Source: the human T2T-CHM13v2.0 reference genome, Homo sapiens. Taken from it: a stretch of DNA of 64,000 bases. Below the pieces are notes generated by a model. It searched no databases, was not told where the DNA came from, and worked only from the letters and a program-made list of their open reading frames with translations. The stretch's first letter is position 1. Every line of letters begins with the position of its first letter. Positions 60,945 through 64,000 of the stretch are shown in pieces. The stretch lies in the NCBI RefSeq assembly GCF_009914755.1, contig NC_060929.1; one strand, written 5' to 3'. Made by a program: the position numbers and the translations under genes.

Positions 60945-61054
60945 GAAGTGCTAGATATTGCACGACAGCTTCTTATGGAGCTAGGGCAAAATAATGATTC
61001 TGAAATTGAAGAAAACAAGCCAAAACTTGAACAACTTAAGACTGTATTAGAGAT
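60945..61054 (+). CDS. PPIP5K2: PPIP5K2 exon 13 ([10 protein letters not shown]...[11 protein letters not shown])
   Basis: atag| ... AT|GTGAGT; 110 nt, phase 0-2. Confidence 0.95.
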
Positions 61055-61515
61055 GTGAGTATCTTTTTGAAACGCTTAATTGTGGTACTACATATAGCTC
61101 TTCTTTTTTATGTATGTGATTTTCCATTTTAATTACTTTCACAGTCTGATCTTTTTACTCTTTGTTACTATAGTTGAGACATGAAGGAAAATCTAATGTG
61201 AAAAAAATAGATTGCTGTATTGAAGGTTTTAGCTTTAGTTTTAATTTTGGTGAGAAGATTAAACAAGGACATCAAATTTGTGTCTTCTGTGAAATACTGC
61301 TTAGAATGAAGGCCACATTGCTAACTTGACCATAGATTCATTGCAGTTTAAATATAAAAAATTTGAATTTTGCCTTAATCAAGTAAAATGGATACCCACC
61401 AATATTCCTGTTACAGCTTTACATTTTTAATCTCTTACAATCTTATTTCCTTTATTTCTTAAAACACATACATCTGTGTTTTTACATATTTCTGTACTTT
61501 ATCTCTTCAGAGTTG

Positions 61516-61517
<2 letters not shown>

Positions 61518-61559
<42 letters not shown>

Positions 61560-61840
61560 AGACAGGGTCTTATTCTGTCACCCAGGCTGGAGTCAGTGGT
61601 GTGATCTCAGCTCACTGCAACCTCTCCCCCTCCCAAGTTCAAGCAGTTCTCATGCCTCAGCCTCCCAAGTATCTGGGACCACAGGCACACACCACCATGC
61701 CTGGCTAATTTTTGTATTTTTAGTGGAGACAGTTTCACCATGTTGGCCAGGCTGGTCTCGAACTCCTGACCTCAAGTCATCCACTCACCTCGGCCTCCCA
61801 AAGTGCTGGGATTACAGGCTTGAGCCATGGCACCCACGCC
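61518..61840 (-). mobile_element. Alu (AluS-like) with a T41 tract
   Basis: Antisense Alu; 41 T at 61518-61558. Confidence 0.92.
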
Positions 61841-62022
61841 TGTAATTTTTAGAAAAACATTTTTGTTTTTAATGTGGTTAGAATGATTATATATGGTACA
61901 ATTTTTTTTTGGTAGAATATTTCGAAGAATTAAACAGGCGGTTACAAATAAAAGGGAGCATGAATATGTGAGAATTAGTTTTTCCCTACATGTTCTATTC
62001 TGTTTATCATTTTATTTTTCAG

Positions 62023-62108
62023 GTATGGTCATTTTTCTGGAATAAATCGTAAGGTTCAGTTGACCTATCTCCCTCATGGTTGTCCTAAAACATCTAGTGA
62101 AGAGGAGG
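62023..62108 (+). CDS. PPIP5K2: PPIP5K2 exon 14 ([28 protein letters not shown]); gene continues beyond the window
   Basis: Conserved FSGINRKVQ motif; ttcag| ... G|GTATGT; 86 nt. Confidence 0.95.
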
Positions 62109-63610
62109 GTATGTTATTCTTAATGCTTATACAGTAGTTTTATATGTAGTAACTTGTTATTCACTGTTGATTACCTTTGGACCATCTTTTGCTTAGTAGT
62201 TTAGGGAATGGCATGGTGAGGAAAAATAAAGTGGAATTATCTTAGCTGTGCTTCCTTTTCTTTAAATAAAGGATACAATTTTAAAATTACCTATTCTTTA
62301 AACAAAGGATAGATTTTATTGTTCTGAAAACTGCATAGGAATTCCTTTTAACTGCGGGATTGTTTCGGAAAACTTATTTGTTTATAACTAAGTGTTATTT
62401 AATGGGCTCCTTACATCACCTTTTGATAGTAGAGGGCAGAGTATATAAGAAGAAAGGCCAAGAAGTACAAAAAGACTTTGAAAAAATATACAATTAACCT
62501 GTTTCTAAAATAAATGGGTATTTTCTTCCACCCAGTAAACCAGAGTAAGTCTTTAAACAAGTTTGGTCTCCTAAGAGCAGTCAGTATCCACATTCATAAA
62601 TGCATTTACCTTACAAAAGAAAAGGGTAGGGATTGGGGAAGTCATTTCATAGAGAAATGCAGATGACCAATAAAATAATAATGATAGTAATAATAATCTG
62701 TCTTGCCTATCATATTGGCAAAGTGTTTTCTTCGTTTCTGTTTTAAACTGGTAATAAAGTGTGCTGATGAGAATTCATTGAGACAGGATTTCAGTCTATA
62801 GTAGAAGTATAAATTGGCACAGTGTTTTGAAAAGTAACTTGGCAATATATCAAAAACTTCAGAAAATGTACTTATGCTTTGACCTGAATTCTGCTTATCA
62901 GGATCTAACCCAAAGAAGTAATCAGATGTTCAGGGAAAGATTATCTATAGGGATATTCATAGTGGTATTATTTATAGTAGCAAAAATTAATGATTATCTT
63001 AAATGCAGACACATATTTATAATAATCTTTATATATTTAGTTTAACATTTGATATATTGCTCTTATCACATTTTGTGGTTAATAGTAATACAGGTTAATT
63101 TTCTATATCTTAGTATTTATCATCAAAAACATTCTATAAGCAAATAATTTAAAAAGTTAGGTAACTAACTTTCTTTCCATAAATTAATATTGGTCTACAT
63201 GACAAAGCTCACAGAACCGCTAACTTGCTGCAGGGGAAGGGGTGATTTCCTCTCACCTTTAAAGAATGATTATTAAGTTCTTTTAGTGCTTATAATGCTT
63301 ATTTTTGAATTACTTTTTTTTTCAGAACCCAACACAGATCTTAATACCATGAAAAGGAGTAGGTCAAAATTAAGTACAGAAACTCATTAACTTATGGTAT
63401 TTTCTTTGTTCAAGAAAATACTCTGATGTGTAACATGCAGAGATTCCACAATTTCAAATTTAAAAAGCTGCTCTTGAATACCTTTTGTTTGCGTAAAATT
63501 TATTAGATTGCATAAAATTTAAATTAGAATAAATGTTAGGCTCTGTCATCTCACATCTTCCTAAAAATGATGCAAATCACCGATTTCCAATCTTAAAAAC
63601 ATATGTATCT

Positions 63611-63836
63611 GGCCGGGCGCAGTGGCTCACGCCTTAATCCCAGCACTTTAGGAGGCCGAGGTGGGTGGATCACCTGAGGTCAAGATTTCGAGACCAGCCT
63701 GGCCAACATGGTGAAACCCCGTCTCTACTAAAAATACAAAAATTAGCCAGGCGCCTGTAGAGCCAAGATCGTGCCATTGCACTCCAGCCAGGGCGACCAA
63801 GCGAGACTCTGTCTCAAAAAAAAAAAAACAAAAAAA
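63611..63836 (+). mobile_element. Alu (AluS-like) with a deleted right-arm interior
   Basis: Jump gcgcctgta|gagccaagatc. Confidence 0.9.
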
Positions 63837-64000
63837 TATATATATCTTCTTCACTTCAACTAAGGTATTTTCTTTCATGGGACAGCACTGCAAAGGGTGC
63901 TTGATAGCAAGGCAGATAAAACCTGGATTCGGGCATCAAGGAGCTGTTAATCCAGCAGACATAGCACAACTAAATTAAGTACAATGAAAAAATTACTATG

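Noticed and set aside
62020-62030. Other exons starting with GT (PPIP5K2 exons 8 and 14; GIN1 exons 2 and 4) as recursive sites
   Set aside because: The reconstituted donors (e.g. GAT|GTATGG, AAG|GTTTAT, TGG|GTATAT) are weak compared with CAG|GTAAGA at 35410.

Overview
Primate, almost certainly human, genomic DNA; the gene pair matches the GIN1/PPIP5K2 locus on chr5q21, recognised from the protein sequences. Two multi-exon genes sit head-to-head on a shared CpG-island promoter at about 26.2-26.4 kb. On the minus strand is GIN1, a domesticated Gypsy/Ginger-type integrase: non-coding exon 1 plus coding exons 2-7 (431 codons), with the last exon apparently beyond the left edge. Its H2C2 zinc finger, D146-D205-E240 triad and GPY/F-like motif are all present. 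On the plus strand is PPIP5K2 (VIP2/HISPPD1): exons 1-14 (496 codons), covering the ATP-grasp kinase domain and the RHGDRTP phosphatase motif, and running off the right edge. All exon phases were hand-checked and join in frame. The introns hold about 20 Alus, L1M/L2/MIR fragments, Tigger/MER DNA transposons and four solo LTRs. This is a known locus and I see no clearly new biological system. The most notable sequence-level signals are: (1) a recursive-splice-site configuration at the start-codon exon of PPIP5K2; (2) at least seven uORFs in the PPIP5K2 leader; (3) a three-level nested insertion L1>AluY>LTR12C whose LTR appears to have lost its R region and points toward GIN1; (4) a very young AluYd8-like insertion; (5) an 88-nt GC-AG intron; (6) an in-frame alternative donor in GIN1; (7) a (UG)20/AATAAA/cryptic-donor cluster in GIN1 intron 1. 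Repeat subfamily names come from remembered consensus sequences and need RepeatMasker confirmation.
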